Positions 1 through 8,643 of a stretch of DNA of 64,000 nucleotides are shown in pieces. Each line of letters opens with the position of its first letter. Position 1 is the first letter of the stretch. This stretch comes from an uncultured virus (IMG/VR IMGVR_UViG_3300023210_000012) (taxonomy: Duplodnaviria; Heunggongvirae; Uroviricota; Caudoviricetes). A model generated the notes under the pieces. The model saw only the letters and a list, made by a program, of their open reading frames with translations. It had not been told where the DNA came from and made no database searches. Made by a program: the position numbers and the translations under genes. The DNA is taken from IMG/VR virus record IMGVR_UViG_3300023210_000012. One strand, 5' to 3'.

Positions 1-683
1 ATCACGTCCTTCTCAAGCTGCTCCTTCTCCGCTTTAGCAGCCTCAAGCAGGGATTCACCGTTCAGGCTCCGATCCCCTCCGACCATAGACATGCTGTCGT
101 ACTTCGATCGGATCTCACCGAGGAACGTCTTAGAGTGCGCCAGTGAGTAGCGAAGGAAGATGTCCTCGTCTTCTGGGCCGAATTGACGCGTATCGATGTC
201 CTTAGTCCACACCTCGATCAGCGCGTTGCCCACGATGGATGGGCGGGGCATGATCTGAAGCTCATGCGTGTCCCTGTCATAGGTCCATTCACGGTCCGCA
301 GAAAAGATCCTCTTGCTCACATTCAGGTATTGGAGGCGCTGAATGAGGTCGGAATACGGCATTGGTGATGCTCCTGGGGAGCGCCATTGTCCGAATAGGA
401 GCGAATAGGTGTAAGAGAAGTCGTCTGTATCCACAGCTGGAAAGTGGGATGACGGTAGGAACACCCGCAGAACTTCAGTTACGTCCGGTTCGAGGATGTA
501 GACGTTAGTAGCTGTTGTGAGCGGAATCTGGACCACTCGCTTCTGGCCAACACGGAATCCAAACCAGCGCTTGGTGTCCTTGATGACGTCATTCTGCATA
601 GCGCCAGTCAGCTCGACGTCAATGATGCCAGAGCCCAGGCGTCGGAGAACGTAAGCCTTGATTTCGTCTTCGGTCATGCCCAT
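1..683 (-). CDS. Neck/head-completion protein, T4 gp13-like (runs off the left edge of the window)
   Basis: Not in the ORF track. Manual translation from ATG at 683 (GGAG upstream) gives MGMTEDEIKAYVLRRLGSGIIDVEL... and near the edge ...YSLAHSKTFLGEIRSKYD...LNGESLLEAAKAEKEQLE, matching recalled gp13 N- and C-terminal patterns. Confidence 0.75.
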   Translation of the reverse strand, partial: MGMTEDEIKAYVLRRLGSGIIDVELTGAMQNDVIKDTKRWFGFRVGQKRVVQIPLTTATNVYILEPDVTEVLRVFLPSSHFPAVDTDDFSYTYSLLFGQWRSPGASPMPYSDLIQRLQYLNVSKRIFSADREWTYDRDTHELQIMPRPSIVGNALIEVWTKDIDTRQFGPEDEDIFLRYSLAHSKTFLGEIRSKYDSMSMVGGDRSLNGESLLEAAKAEKEQLEKDV

Positions 684-843
684 TAGAGGCTCCTGGGGTG
701 ACGTCAGTTTAGCGTTTTCCTGCCGACACCACTACATAGCACATCATAAGGCCTGATGCCCCGCTAGACCCTTGCGAAGAGCATCAATGATTGGGACCAT
801 CTAGGTAACTCACCCTGCGCGGGTGAGGGCCGTCATAGGGCGG

Positions 844-875
844 TCGAGCCGCCTACTGGGCGGCTCGATTGTTTT
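844..875 (+). terminator. Intrinsic terminator-like hairpin
   Basis: Perfect 10-bp stem TCGAGCCGCC-TACTG-GGCGGCTCGA followed by TTGTTTT. Confidence 0.6.
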
Positions 876-941
876 CGGCACTTCTGTGGCATCAGTTACC
901 CTTCTGATGTAGATTGAATACTCTCAACAGAGGAGATTGAC

Positions 942-1241
942 ATGGCTCGATACGTTCTGACTGCCGACCTCACTTTCGAGGGGCTTCCTTACCTCCGGGG
1001 CGACATTCTAAATGCGGCCCAAAGTCTTCCTGCCGTCGTCGCCGCAGCCGCGTCACTTGATGCAGTCCCCCGTGCTCGGGTTGCTGGTCTCCAGTATTTG
1101 CCCGACCACTACATTGCTGTTCCGCTCGCGGATCAGCTCGGTCTGCAGCAAAGCACCGGCACGCTTCCACCCGATTCCTCGGGCGACAGCAACGTCATTC
1201 AGGAGCCAGTGCTCCCCACCGAGAACTCGCAGTACGACTAA
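942..1241 (+). CDS. Hypothetical protein (99 aa)
   Basis: ORF with AGGAG RBS upstream; no recognised motif. Confidence 0.7.
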   Translation: MARYVLTADLTFEGLPYLRGDILNAAQSLPAVVAAAASLDAVPRARVAGLQYLPDHYIAVPLADQLGLQQSTGTLPPDSSGDSNVIQEPVLPTENSQYD

Positions 1242-1286
1242 TACCCACCCTGCGGTTTCGACTAACGGGCCTCAAAGCAGCCAGGT

Positions 1287-1586
1287 TTATGCCTGGCTGT
1301 TTTGCTGTACCTGCTTGATTGCAATCGCGGACAATGGGCATTGGATGACGAAGTAGATCCCGTAACCGGCACCTCTACGAAAGACAGTATCGAGGACGCC
1401 GACATTCTGCATGTGGGCCATCTCTACTTTGATGGTTTGGCGGACAGTGTCTGCGGTCCCATCGATCAGTGTTCGATGCCAGGCCCATGACGACACTTCG
1501 ACCATCAACGATGGTCGGTCCATCGAGACGAGCGCGTCGATAATGATCGCCTGGATGTCTTCTTTAGTCTGGTAGTTGTGGAACAT
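1287..1586 (-). CDS. Hypothetical protein, possibly winged-helix
   Basis: 99-aa ORF co-oriented with the upstream operon. Confidence 0.55.
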   Translation of the reverse strand: MFHNYQTKEDIQAIIIDALVSMDRPSLMVEVSSWAWHRTLIDGTADTVRQTIKVEMAHMQNVGVLDTVFRRGAGYGIYFVIQCPLSAIAIKQVQQNSQA

Positions 1587-1617
1587 GGGTAAACCCTAGC
1601 GGATCTCTGTACATAAC

Positions 1618-1640
1618 GAAAGCGCCTTTGGGGCGCTTTC
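1618..1640 (-). terminator. Hairpin/terminator after the 1657..2367 gene
   Basis: GAAAGCGCC-TTTGG-GGCGCTTTC inverted repeat just downstream of the stop at 1657. Confidence 0.5.
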
Positions 1641-1656
1641 TAGTTGGTTTCGCGGA

Positions 1657-2367
1657 CTACTCCTTTGTGATCATCAATGCCGCCCGTGCAGCTTCGGAGC
1701 GATCAGATTCGTTCGCCTGCCGCATACGTTCTCCGCAAAGAGCACCCATAGCGTGGTAGAGCTCAAACACGGTATAGGTACCGGCACGATCTCGGAGTTC
1801 ATAGCGATCTCCCTCGGACCAGTTGTCCGAGACCATGTCCTTGACCAGCGGCAGGATATTACGGAGACGAGTAGCTAGCTCAGAGAGCAGTCGTTCCTTT
1901 TCGTTGGAGACCTTGAGACACGCCCATTTTGTTTGGGCGTCTTGGACGTGCCAACTAAATTCATCGGCCAGGTCGTTGATGATCTCTTGGCTTCTCGGCG
2001 TGATGTGCTTATGGCCGCTCAAAATCTGCGTGATTCTGGTCGGCTCATCACATTCACCCTTGAACGCATCTAGGAGCTTCTCGTCAGAGATAAGGCCAAA
2101 TGCCAAGCACCTGCCTACCATCTCAGCCGAGACGTTCGTCTCTCTCCACTGATGATCTCCATACCCTACCCATTCGAGTAGGTAGTGAAGCTGGAGGGCC
2201 CTTCGCCCCATCGGTACGGACTTCCCCCTCTGCCATTGACGGACGGTCTGCGGTTGGACGCCGACAAAGTCGGCGAGTTTTCTCTTCCGTTCCATGTCGA
2301 GGATATTCGTGTAGTCGATCACCCGCTCTAGCAGGGTCGGCGCAATCTGTGCGTCAGTGTCGGTCAT
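1657..2367 (-). CDS. XRE/Cro-type helix-turn-helix protein
   Basis: N-terminal KLADFVGVQPQTVRQWQRGKSVP is a typical XRE HTH; GGAG RBS; 4-nt overlap with the upstream ATPase gene. Confidence 0.75.
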   Translation of the reverse strand: MTDTDAQIAPTLLERVIDYTNILDMERKRKLADFVGVQPQTVRQWQRGKSVPMGRRALQLHYLLEWVGYGDHQWRETNVSAEMVGRCLAFGLISDEKLLDAFKGECDEPTRITQILSGHKHITPRSQEIINDLADEFSWHVQDAQTKWACLKVSNEKERLLSELATRLRNILPLVKDMVSDNWSEGDRYELRDRAGTYTVFELYHAMGALCGERMRQANESDRSEAARAALMITKE

Positions 2368-4067
2368 TTGTTCTCTCCTCCGAACGTGTGCTTTCCGCTC
2401 TGGCGGAAGCGGCCACGCTTGGCAATACGATCTGCCTGGATGGTTAAAAAGTGCTCGTACTTAACGAATTCCTGAGCGTAGGCGTCGGGCTTGACCAGGA
2501 TGCCTCCGTCGTTCTTGTCCTGTTCCAGCTTCAGAGCTACGAGAACGTGGAGGATGATCCGCTCCTGGAGATGCTGGAGACGTAAATTGCGAACGCCTTC
2601 AGTGGTCCCTTCAAGGCGATCGGACTCTACCCACACAGGGTGGCTGATGCTGATAGCGATGATCCCATTCACATTGTCAAATGTCCAAAGAGCCTCTTTG
2701 TCAGAGGGGACGAAATCGAGAATCAGTCCGGTGGAAGTATCCTTCACCTGAGTTCTAGACTTATCACCTCCGCCCACCGCAAGCGGGTTGTGAGCCTTCT
2801 TCTCTCTAGGCTTCCGTGGCGTCTTGGTCTTGTCCTTGTCTTTGTCCTTGGGAGTCCGCTTGCCGGTCCCATCAATGGACGTAGCGGCGATCTTGCCGTT
2901 ACGCTCGGCGTTGTTCTTGGTGTGAGCATCGCCTTGGTGGCCCCAGCTAGGGCACTTGAGGACGTGCTTAAGTCCCATCGACGACGCCAGGCTGCGAATA
3001 ATCTTGAGCGAGCCAATTCCGAGATTCCGGTAACGAGTCATCGACTCCTCATCCTCCATCTTGGAGATGAGCTTGCGCCCGTGATCTTTCAACCACAGTT
3101 CGATGTGGCTCGTGGCCTCAAGCGTGATCTCGTCTTCGTTGAAGAATCTACGAGAGGGGTCTACCCGTAGCTTATCGGAGAAGACGATTTCGCCTTCAAA
3201 GTAGCCACTGGTGAGAGTGTTCACGTCCTTCTTGGTGAGGAGGTGAGACAGAGCCTTGTCAGAGAGGGGGATCGTGTAACCCGTCGAGTCCATGAGCTTG
3301 ACGCGGCCCTTACGCTTCTTGTTCGCCCCAAGAGGTTTCTTAGCGATGAACATGCGGATCGTGGTCTGCCCACAGATGTCACTATCGTAGGTGCAAACCT
3401 TCAGAGGTCTGCCCGTGTAGTTCAGCGGCGTCAGCTTTGCCGCGTGGTGCTTGCCGTCGGGGGTCGTCAACTTGACGAAGACAGTAGTCTTCGGCGACCG
3501 CAGCATGGCGGTGTTGTAGCGGTCGTAGATGGCGGTGCAGAATTCGTCGAAGTTGATGGCTGAACGCAGCTGATCCTTCGTGTAGTTCTTGATGATGAGT
3601 TCAGAACGCCACCACTGATCGTTCGTAACGTCCACGCACGGAATGCGGCCAGTGTTAGAGAGCTTCTTCAGCTTCGCGCACTCAAAGGTCCACTTCTTGG
3701 TGCCGTTACTACCGTCAATTGGGGTGGTCGTAAAGATGAAGCGCTCGCACTTACCAAAGCTGGCGATGACGCCAATTCCGAACTGGCCGAGCTTACCCTC
3801 GCTCTTCGGCTTCAGGGAGTTGCCGACCAGCAACAGGGCCGCGTTCATGTGCTCTACAGAGGCCCCTTCGCCGTCGTCATGGACGTAGACGGTATGGGTC
3901 TGCTGGTTAATGTTGACGTTGACCTTCCTGGCCCCCGCGTCAATGGCGTTCTGAATGGCCTCAAGAATGGCCTCCCAGAGCGTCTTGTACTTGTTTGCTG
4001 CCCTGCTAAGGGCGGCGCCTACGTGAACGCCAATGTAGGTGTTGGTATCGGTCGAAGTGTGGGCCAT
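2364..4067 (-). CDS. GHKL (HATPase_c / MORC-Hsp90-like) ATPase domain protein
   Basis: Bergerat-fold motifs EAIQNAIDA, DDGEG and GQFGIG in the N-terminal region; AGGAGG RBS. Confidence 0.8.
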   Translation of the reverse strand: MAHTSTDTNTYIGVHVGAALSRAANKYKTLWEAILEAIQNAIDAGARKVNVNINQQTHTVYVHDDGEGASVEHMNAALLLVGNSLKPKSEGKLGQFGIGVIASFGKCERFIFTTTPIDGSNGTKKWTFECAKLKKLSNTGRIPCVDVTNDQWWRSELIIKNYTKDQLRSAINFDEFCTAIYDRYNTAMLRSPKTTVFVKLTTPDGKHHAAKLTPLNYTGRPLKVCTYDSDICGQTTIRMFIAKKPLGANKKRKGRVKLMDSTGYTIPLSDKALSHLLTKKDVNTLTSGYFEGEIVFSDKLRVDPSRRFFNEDEITLEATSHIELWLKDHGRKLISKMEDEESMTRYRNLGIGSLKIIRSLASSMGLKHVLKCPSWGHQGDAHTKNNAERNGKIAATSIDGTGKRTPKDKDKDKTKTPRKPREKKAHNPLAVGGGDKSRTQVKDTSTGLILDFVPSDKEALWTFDNVNGIIAISISHPVWVESDRLEGTTEGVRNLRLQHLQERIILHVLVALKLEQDKNDGGILVKPDAYAQEFVKYEHFLTIQADRIAKRGRFRQSGKHTFGGENK

Positions 4068-4255
4068 TGGTTTAACCTCCTGTTGTCTGTGTCGTGGGTA
4101 GAATCATCGTCGCTGCAATGTTCGTATACCCGACTTCATGGCCCGAATGTTCGAAGAATCTATTTTTCTTTAGATTCTGGCCCCGTATCGACCAAATTAC
4201 AACTCTCACGGCTTTCGTGCAACCTGGTTCTCGGCGATGATCCTAACGCCAATGG

Positions 4256-4522
4256 CTACCCGACGTTGGCCCGCTCGTGGGCTTTGTGGAGGCATTCCGA
4301 ACTGGAGCAGACGATCATGAATTTCTGCTTGACCTTCGGTCTGCGATCCTCGACCTCTTCCCATTCCTCAGGCAATACGGCCCAGGCGCTCCGCTCCGAA
4401 TCGTCTGGCTGAACGCATACGCCCTCATCGGACTCACCGCAGAGGTCGCACTTAAACGGGTGAGGCTGACCTTTGTTCTGTAGTAGTGCCTTGGGCTTCA
4501 TGGACGATGGAAAGATCATCAT
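4256..4522 (-). CDS. Small Cys-containing hypothetical protein (possible zinc ribbon)
   Basis: CDLC and CSSSEC motifs; AGGAG RBS. Confidence 0.6.
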   Translation of the reverse strand: MMIFPSSMKPKALLQNKGQPHPFKCDLCGESDEGVCVQPDDSERSAWAVLPEEWEEVEDRRPKVKQKFMIVCSSSECLHKAHERANVG

Positions 4523-4626
4523 GAGAATTCTCCTGGGGGGGGGTTAGTACATACTTAAGCTCTCAACCTTTTACCCGACTGGGAAGGTTTATTTGGGCGA
4601 TGAGGCCTGAAAATCGATAAATAAAG

Positions 4627-5118
4627 CTATTTGCCGAAGCTGTCGTTGGTGTACCAGCTACGACCGTTCCAGCGCCACTTCTGGTCAGGGCTCTGGTCAG
4701 GGCGACCCGGAGAGATAGGCTCGACACCGCCTAGCCCTAGGACGCCAGGAGAGCCCTCCTGGTAGACGATTGGTACGCGGGTCGCACCTCGCCTACTTGC
4801 GGCGACCATAGCGCCATGGTGCGCTGGGTCGATCACAGCCGCCATTCCCTCAAATACGATCTTTGGGACCTCTACAACGTCACCGCGAACCATGGATTGA
4901 CTGGCCGAGTTCACGAATCGATCAATCGACTCAGCCAACTTCTTCTTAGGAATCATGGTCAGCAGACGTCCCACATCTGCCCACACGACCCTACCTTCTT
5001 GGATGGGGGATGAGTGAGGTCCTACGTTCCAGGTCACATCTCCGTAGCCGCCGTGCCCCGGACGATTCTCCATGAGTTGATCGAAGGTGCCGTATCTGGG
5101 GGTTTTCGGTAATATCAT
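4627..5118 (-). CDS. Hypothetical protein with a degenerate ParB/Srx-like segment and a C-terminal WRWNGRSW motif
   Basis: IDPAHHGAMVAASRRGATRVPIV loosely resembles the ParB DGxHR..A...G...VPV core; TACACT lies 6 nt before the ATG. Confidence 0.6.
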   Translation of the reverse strand: MILPKTPRYGTFDQLMENRPGHGGYGDVTWNVGPHSSPIQEGRVVWADVGRLLTMIPKKKLAESIDRFVNSASQSMVRGDVVEVPKIVFEGMAAVIDPAHHGAMVAASRRGATRVPIVYQEGSPGVLGLGGVEPISPGRPDQSPDQKWRWNGRSWYTNDSFGK

Positions 5119-5189
5119 CCACTAAGTGTATCAGATGTGATGCTTTCCAGAATCAGCGATAGCTCCAAACTCTCAGTGGTACGAATCCT

Positions 5190-5492
5190 CTACACATCAG
5201 CCAGCAAATCCAGCACTGAGAAAGCTCTAAAGCTCTTACGGTGCATTCGAATCCATCGGGACTCTTCGGCGCCATCGAGGAGAGCCCTGACGGGGATCAG
5301 CATATTTCCTCCAGTCCAGGCCTTAACTACCCGTGCTGGAAATTCTCCCTCAATGGTTAGAAGGAACACTCTCTGACCTTTCTCCAAGGCTAGCTCTGAC
5401 CTGGGAGGATGGGGCGGCGCCGGTTCTATCGTGAATGCAAGTTTGGAGTCGAGCCGAACCTGCTCCATTGCAATCCAACTAGGTGTCCTCAT
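5190..5492 (-). CDS. Hypothetical protein ending SVLDLLADV
   Basis: 100-aa ORF; GGTATACA ends 6 nt before the ATG. Confidence 0.6.
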   Translation of the reverse strand: MRTPSWIAMEQVRLDSKLAFTIEPAPPHPPRSELALEKGQRVFLLTIEGEFPARVVKAWTGGNMLIPVRALLDGAEESRWIRMHRKSFRAFSVLDLLADV

Positions 5493-5575
5493 GACTTATG
5501 TATACCTGTCGTAACTGGGTAAAAGCAGACTAGGAGTTCTGGACCTAGTGACGTTCATTTGCGAATGTCTACGGT

Positions 5576-6019
5576 TTGGGCTCCGACAGAACGGAGATGG
5601 AAATGAAAGTAGTGCTCCCGGCGAGAGTCAAATCAAGTCTCTCCAATACTCGTTCGTGCTCTGCGGATGAGTGCGTGCTAGCCACACGTGAGGGCAAACC
5701 ATACTGCCCTGAACATGTAGAGCTGAATCCCTACAGTCGTAGGGTAGCCGCCGATATCCGTCGCCGTGCTGATGAGGACGACCGAATCCGCCAGGGGCTG
5801 ACGGCGCCCACCGACGTCAACCTCCGTGGTATCACAGCTCAAGAAATCCTACAGAATCTTGTGGACCACGGCGCTCGGACGAAACAACGTCTCTGCCGTG
5901 AGCTCAACCTCGAAATCTCAGTCATCGACGTCTATATCGACGCGCTCTTGGCCCACAACATCATCACCCTTAGTCTGACGACTAGGGGGAGCACGATGGT
6001 GTCTCTTCGCCGGAAGTAG
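5576..6019 (+). CDS. Cys/His-motif plus C-terminal winged-helix protein (start probably ATG near 5597-5603)
   Basis: CSADEC...YCPEH, then an HTH-like TKQRLCRELNLEISVIDVYIDALLAHNII segment. Confidence 0.6.
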   Translation: MGSDRTEMEMKVVLPARVKSSLSNTRSCSADECVLATREGKPYCPEHVELNPYSRRVAADIRRRADEDDRIRQGLTAPTDVNLRGITAQEILQNLVDHGARTKQRLCRELNLEISVIDVYIDALLAHNIITLSLTTRGSTMVSLRRK

Positions 6020-6233
6020 AACTTCTGCCCTTGCGTTGCTCGATCATATCCTTGCACTCGTAGTAGCCGTCACGCGCCTCTTCCATCATTCCCTGCGTAA
6101 TGCCGAGGGCCGCTAGCTCTGCCTTTCCCTCTCGGTCCGCACATTCGTCAGAGCAGTAGCGTCTGAGGTCGTGGGACCCAACCTCGCCGCAGGTAAGATC
6201 CATTCCGGTTATCTCGTTAGTGCACTTGGTCAT
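5982..6233 (-). CDS. Small Cys-rich hypothetical protein
   Basis: 3' part of track ORF 5982..6536; ATG at 6233 follows the stop of 6241..6585; contains YCSDEC. Confidence 0.45.
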   Translation of the reverse strand: MTKCTNEITGMDLTCGEVGSHDLRRYCSDECADREGKAELAALGITQGMMEEARDGYYECKDMIEQRKGRSSTSGEETPSCSP

Positions 6234-6240
6234 GCGCCTA

Positions 6241-6585
6241 TTAGAGACGAGGCCGAGCGATCCTGCCAGTGCGCGAACGCTTCCAGTAGTCCTCTTCAGT
6301 TTGGGTAGTGCGGCGCGTTCCACGCGGCCTTGCCTTGACGCAACCTTCTGGTGGACCAAGGTAGGCGCCAACCAGTTTGTCGAACGCATCGAGGGTAATA
6401 CCCCAGCTCTCTGTGAGAGCCTCAACTGAGATCGACCGGACCACCTCATACTTTGATGTCGGTTTAATCTTGCTGGCTTTGCCGTTCTTGCAGCTGACAA
6501 GTGTGTCGGGGTCCACCGCGATGTGGAGGCGTCCACTTTTCTTGTAAATGAGTCCTATCTCAAATTGTCCCATACAACCCTCCAA
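6241..6585 (-). CDS. Hypothetical protein
   Basis: 114-aa ORF; GGAGG precedes the internal ATG (MGQFEIG), which is the likely start. Confidence 0.6.
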   Translation of the reverse strand: MEGCMGQFEIGLIYKKSGRLHIAVDPDTLVSCKNGKASKIKPTSKYEVVRSISVEALTESWGITLDAFDKLVGAYLGPPEGCVKARPRGTRRTTQTEEDYWKRSRTGRIARPRL

Positions 6586-6692
6586 TGCAGCGTATTACGC
6601 ATCAGTACGGTTGACTAGGCTTAATCATTTACAGAGCATTAGAGCCGAATGTCTAATGGCCTAATTAGCCAGCAGATAGCTGCTGACCTGAT

Positions 6693-8330
6693 TTAGATCA
6701 GGTTGAGCGATTCTCGCTGCTGGCTTGGATCTTCTGGAGGAAGCCCGGCGAGTTGCCTGGCGGCTACCTTCGCGCTATCAAGGTCTACAACCTGGCCGTC
6801 TAGCTGCAATTTGTAGACCTGCCTAAGGATCTCTCCGAACTGCCGACTGGGCTTAACCCCGAAACTGTTCAGGTGATCTCCTGTGAAGAGCTCAACAGGT
6901 GGCGCTTTGCTCACACCTAGATTTTCTGCCCTTTGAAGGAGCTGTGCTCCTTCTTCTTCACCGCGAACACTCCCGACCAGGAGAGCGAAGGCTTCGATTG
7001 ATGTGTTAGTCGGGTCTTGGATATTTTTAGGGCTAAGACGCTTGGACAGATGTCGGATATCAGCGTCCGACATCTCGCTGTTAGCGTGAGGTAGCGCTCC
7101 GACCAGTCGCTCGATCCTCATCGCTTGCCCAGAGTTTTTAGGAATCCTCAGACTTGAGTGGAGCATCTTGGCCATTCCACGCGGATTAGTGTTGTGGAAC
7201 ACTGACGCAAAACGAACCATTACCTTGAAGTCTTCTTCCGACTCGGCGGTGAGGCCAATCGAACGATCTGTGACCTGCTTAAGCCTTTCCCAGGACTCAC
7301 TATCAGCCTGAGAGGCGAGATCGGGGTGAAGGATCTTCAGGGCGCCAGACCGCTTTAGCACCTCCATGCCAATAGACGGCTTTACGCCCTTCTTTAGCAG
7401 GAGCTTCCGCCATTCATCTCCAACGCGCTCCGGGGGCTCAAGGGCGAGTTCCGGAGCGGCGTCCGCCATTAGCTGCATCGTCTCAGGATCTACAGAGAGT
7501 TGAAATCGGGCGGCAAACTGGGCACCGCGAAGTATCCGAACCGCGTCTTCGGCGAACGCTTCAGGGTCCGTGGCCCTTAGTACGCGGTTGTTGATGTCAT
7601 CGACCCCGTTGTAGGGGTCGTAGACATCCCCGGTGAACGGATCCATCGACACGGTGTTGATGGTGACGTCGCGCCGCTTAGCCGCCTCACTGATCGTCAT
7701 TGTCGGGTCTGGGACGGGGATGAAGCCTTTGTGTCCTTGGCCCACCTTATTCTCACGTCTAGGGATCGACACATCAAAGTCCTCGTCCCCAATGACGATT
7801 TTCAGGATGCCGAACTTCTTTCCAACGGCGTCAACTCGACCTAGCTTGGAAAGCTCCTCCGTCAACTTGTCCGGGTCCATCCCGTAGACTTCGACGTCCC
7901 AATCCTTCGGAGAGCTGCCGATGATCTTGTCACGTACCGCTCCACCAACCACAAGCGCACGCCCTCCAGCCGCTTCGAGGGCCTTCGCAAGGGTTAGCAC
8001 GGATTTAGGCACATCGTGGAGACTGAGTCTCATACTGGGTTTGATGTCCTGTTCTGGTCGACTATCGGCCCAGTTAGAGGGACGTAGTTCTTGGTCGCCA
8101 CCTTGACCGTGATCCGGCTGTGCGGCTGTCACCTTTTGCCTGGAGTGGTTATACCCAGCCATGTAGGCGTCACCGTCGCTGACGGTGGGGCCGTTAGGTT
8201 CAGCCTTCTTGCCACGATTGGCGTGGTGGAAGCCGAGGTCCCAGGACATGTCGGTCGGCGATTTCGCCTCTAAAATGAGAGGTGTCCTGTAGAGACAGCC
8301 TTCGATCAGATTGAGGTGATGCTTGGACAT
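6693..8330 (-). CDS. cca: CCA-adding tRNA nucleotidyltransferase (class II) with N-terminal tag and RMF-like module
   Basis: GGAVRD, DWDVE, RRDVTIN, EDAVRILR and PERVGDEW motifs; loop RRENKVGQGHKGF is CCA-like; the HD position reads FHNTN (degenerate). Start moved to ATG 8330, 6 nt after TATACT. Confidence 0.85.
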   Translation of the reverse strand: MSKHHLNLIEGCLYRTPLILEAKSPTDMSWDLGFHHANRGKKAEPNGPTVSDGDAYMAGYNHSRQKVTAAQPDHGQGGDQELRPSNWADSRPEQDIKPSMRLSLHDVPKSVLTLAKALEAAGGRALVVGGAVRDKIIGSSPKDWDVEVYGMDPDKLTEELSKLGRVDAVGKKFGILKIVIGDEDFDVSIPRRENKVGQGHKGFIPVPDPTMTISEAAKRRDVTINTVSMDPFTGDVYDPYNGVDDINNRVLRATDPEAFAEDAVRILRGAQFAARFQLSVDPETMQLMADAAPELALEPPERVGDEWRKLLLKKGVKPSIGMEVLKRSGALKILHPDLASQADSESWERLKQVTDRSIGLTAESEEDFKVMVRFASVFHNTNPRGMAKMLHSSLRIPKNSGQAMRIERLVGALPHANSEMSDADIRHLSKRLSPKNIQDPTNTSIEAFALLVGSVRGEEEGAQLLQRAENLGVSKAPPVELFTGDHLNSFGVKPSRQFGEILRQVYKLQLDGQVVDLDSAKVAARQLAGLPPEDPSQQRESLNLI

Positions 8331-8367
8331 GACCAAAGTATACCCAAAGGAAGCACTGGTCTGAACT

Positions 8368-8580
8368 TCATAGTTGCGCTAGTTCGTCTAGGATCCCATC
8401 CGGCTCCTCATGCTCAACGAGTAGGTATCGGGATCTAGTGAGGCTCTCTAAGACCTCACTGAGTCGCTCCTTGTAGTAGTCAGATAGCTCAGGCTCGCCG
8501 ACTAGGTGGGTTATGATCATTATTGCGCTGCTGAGCTTGGCTATGGCCTGCCGTCTACGTGCGTCTGCGTCATTGCTCAT
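8368..8580 (-). CDS. Small helical hypothetical protein ending GILDELAQL
   Basis: 70-aa ORF with AGGAG RBS. Confidence 0.6.
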   Translation of the reverse strand: MSNDADARRRQAIAKLSSAIMIITHLVGEPELSDYYKERLSEVLESLTRSRYLLVEHEEPDGILDELAQL

Positions 8581-8643
8581 AGGGCTCCTATCTAGTCCTT
8601 TCTACCTACAATAGGGGACCAACAAGGAGTTATACTGAGCATC

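Noticed and set aside
745..790. Hammerhead ribozyme
   Set aside because: CTGATGC and CGAAG deviate from the required CUGAnGA and GAAA core.
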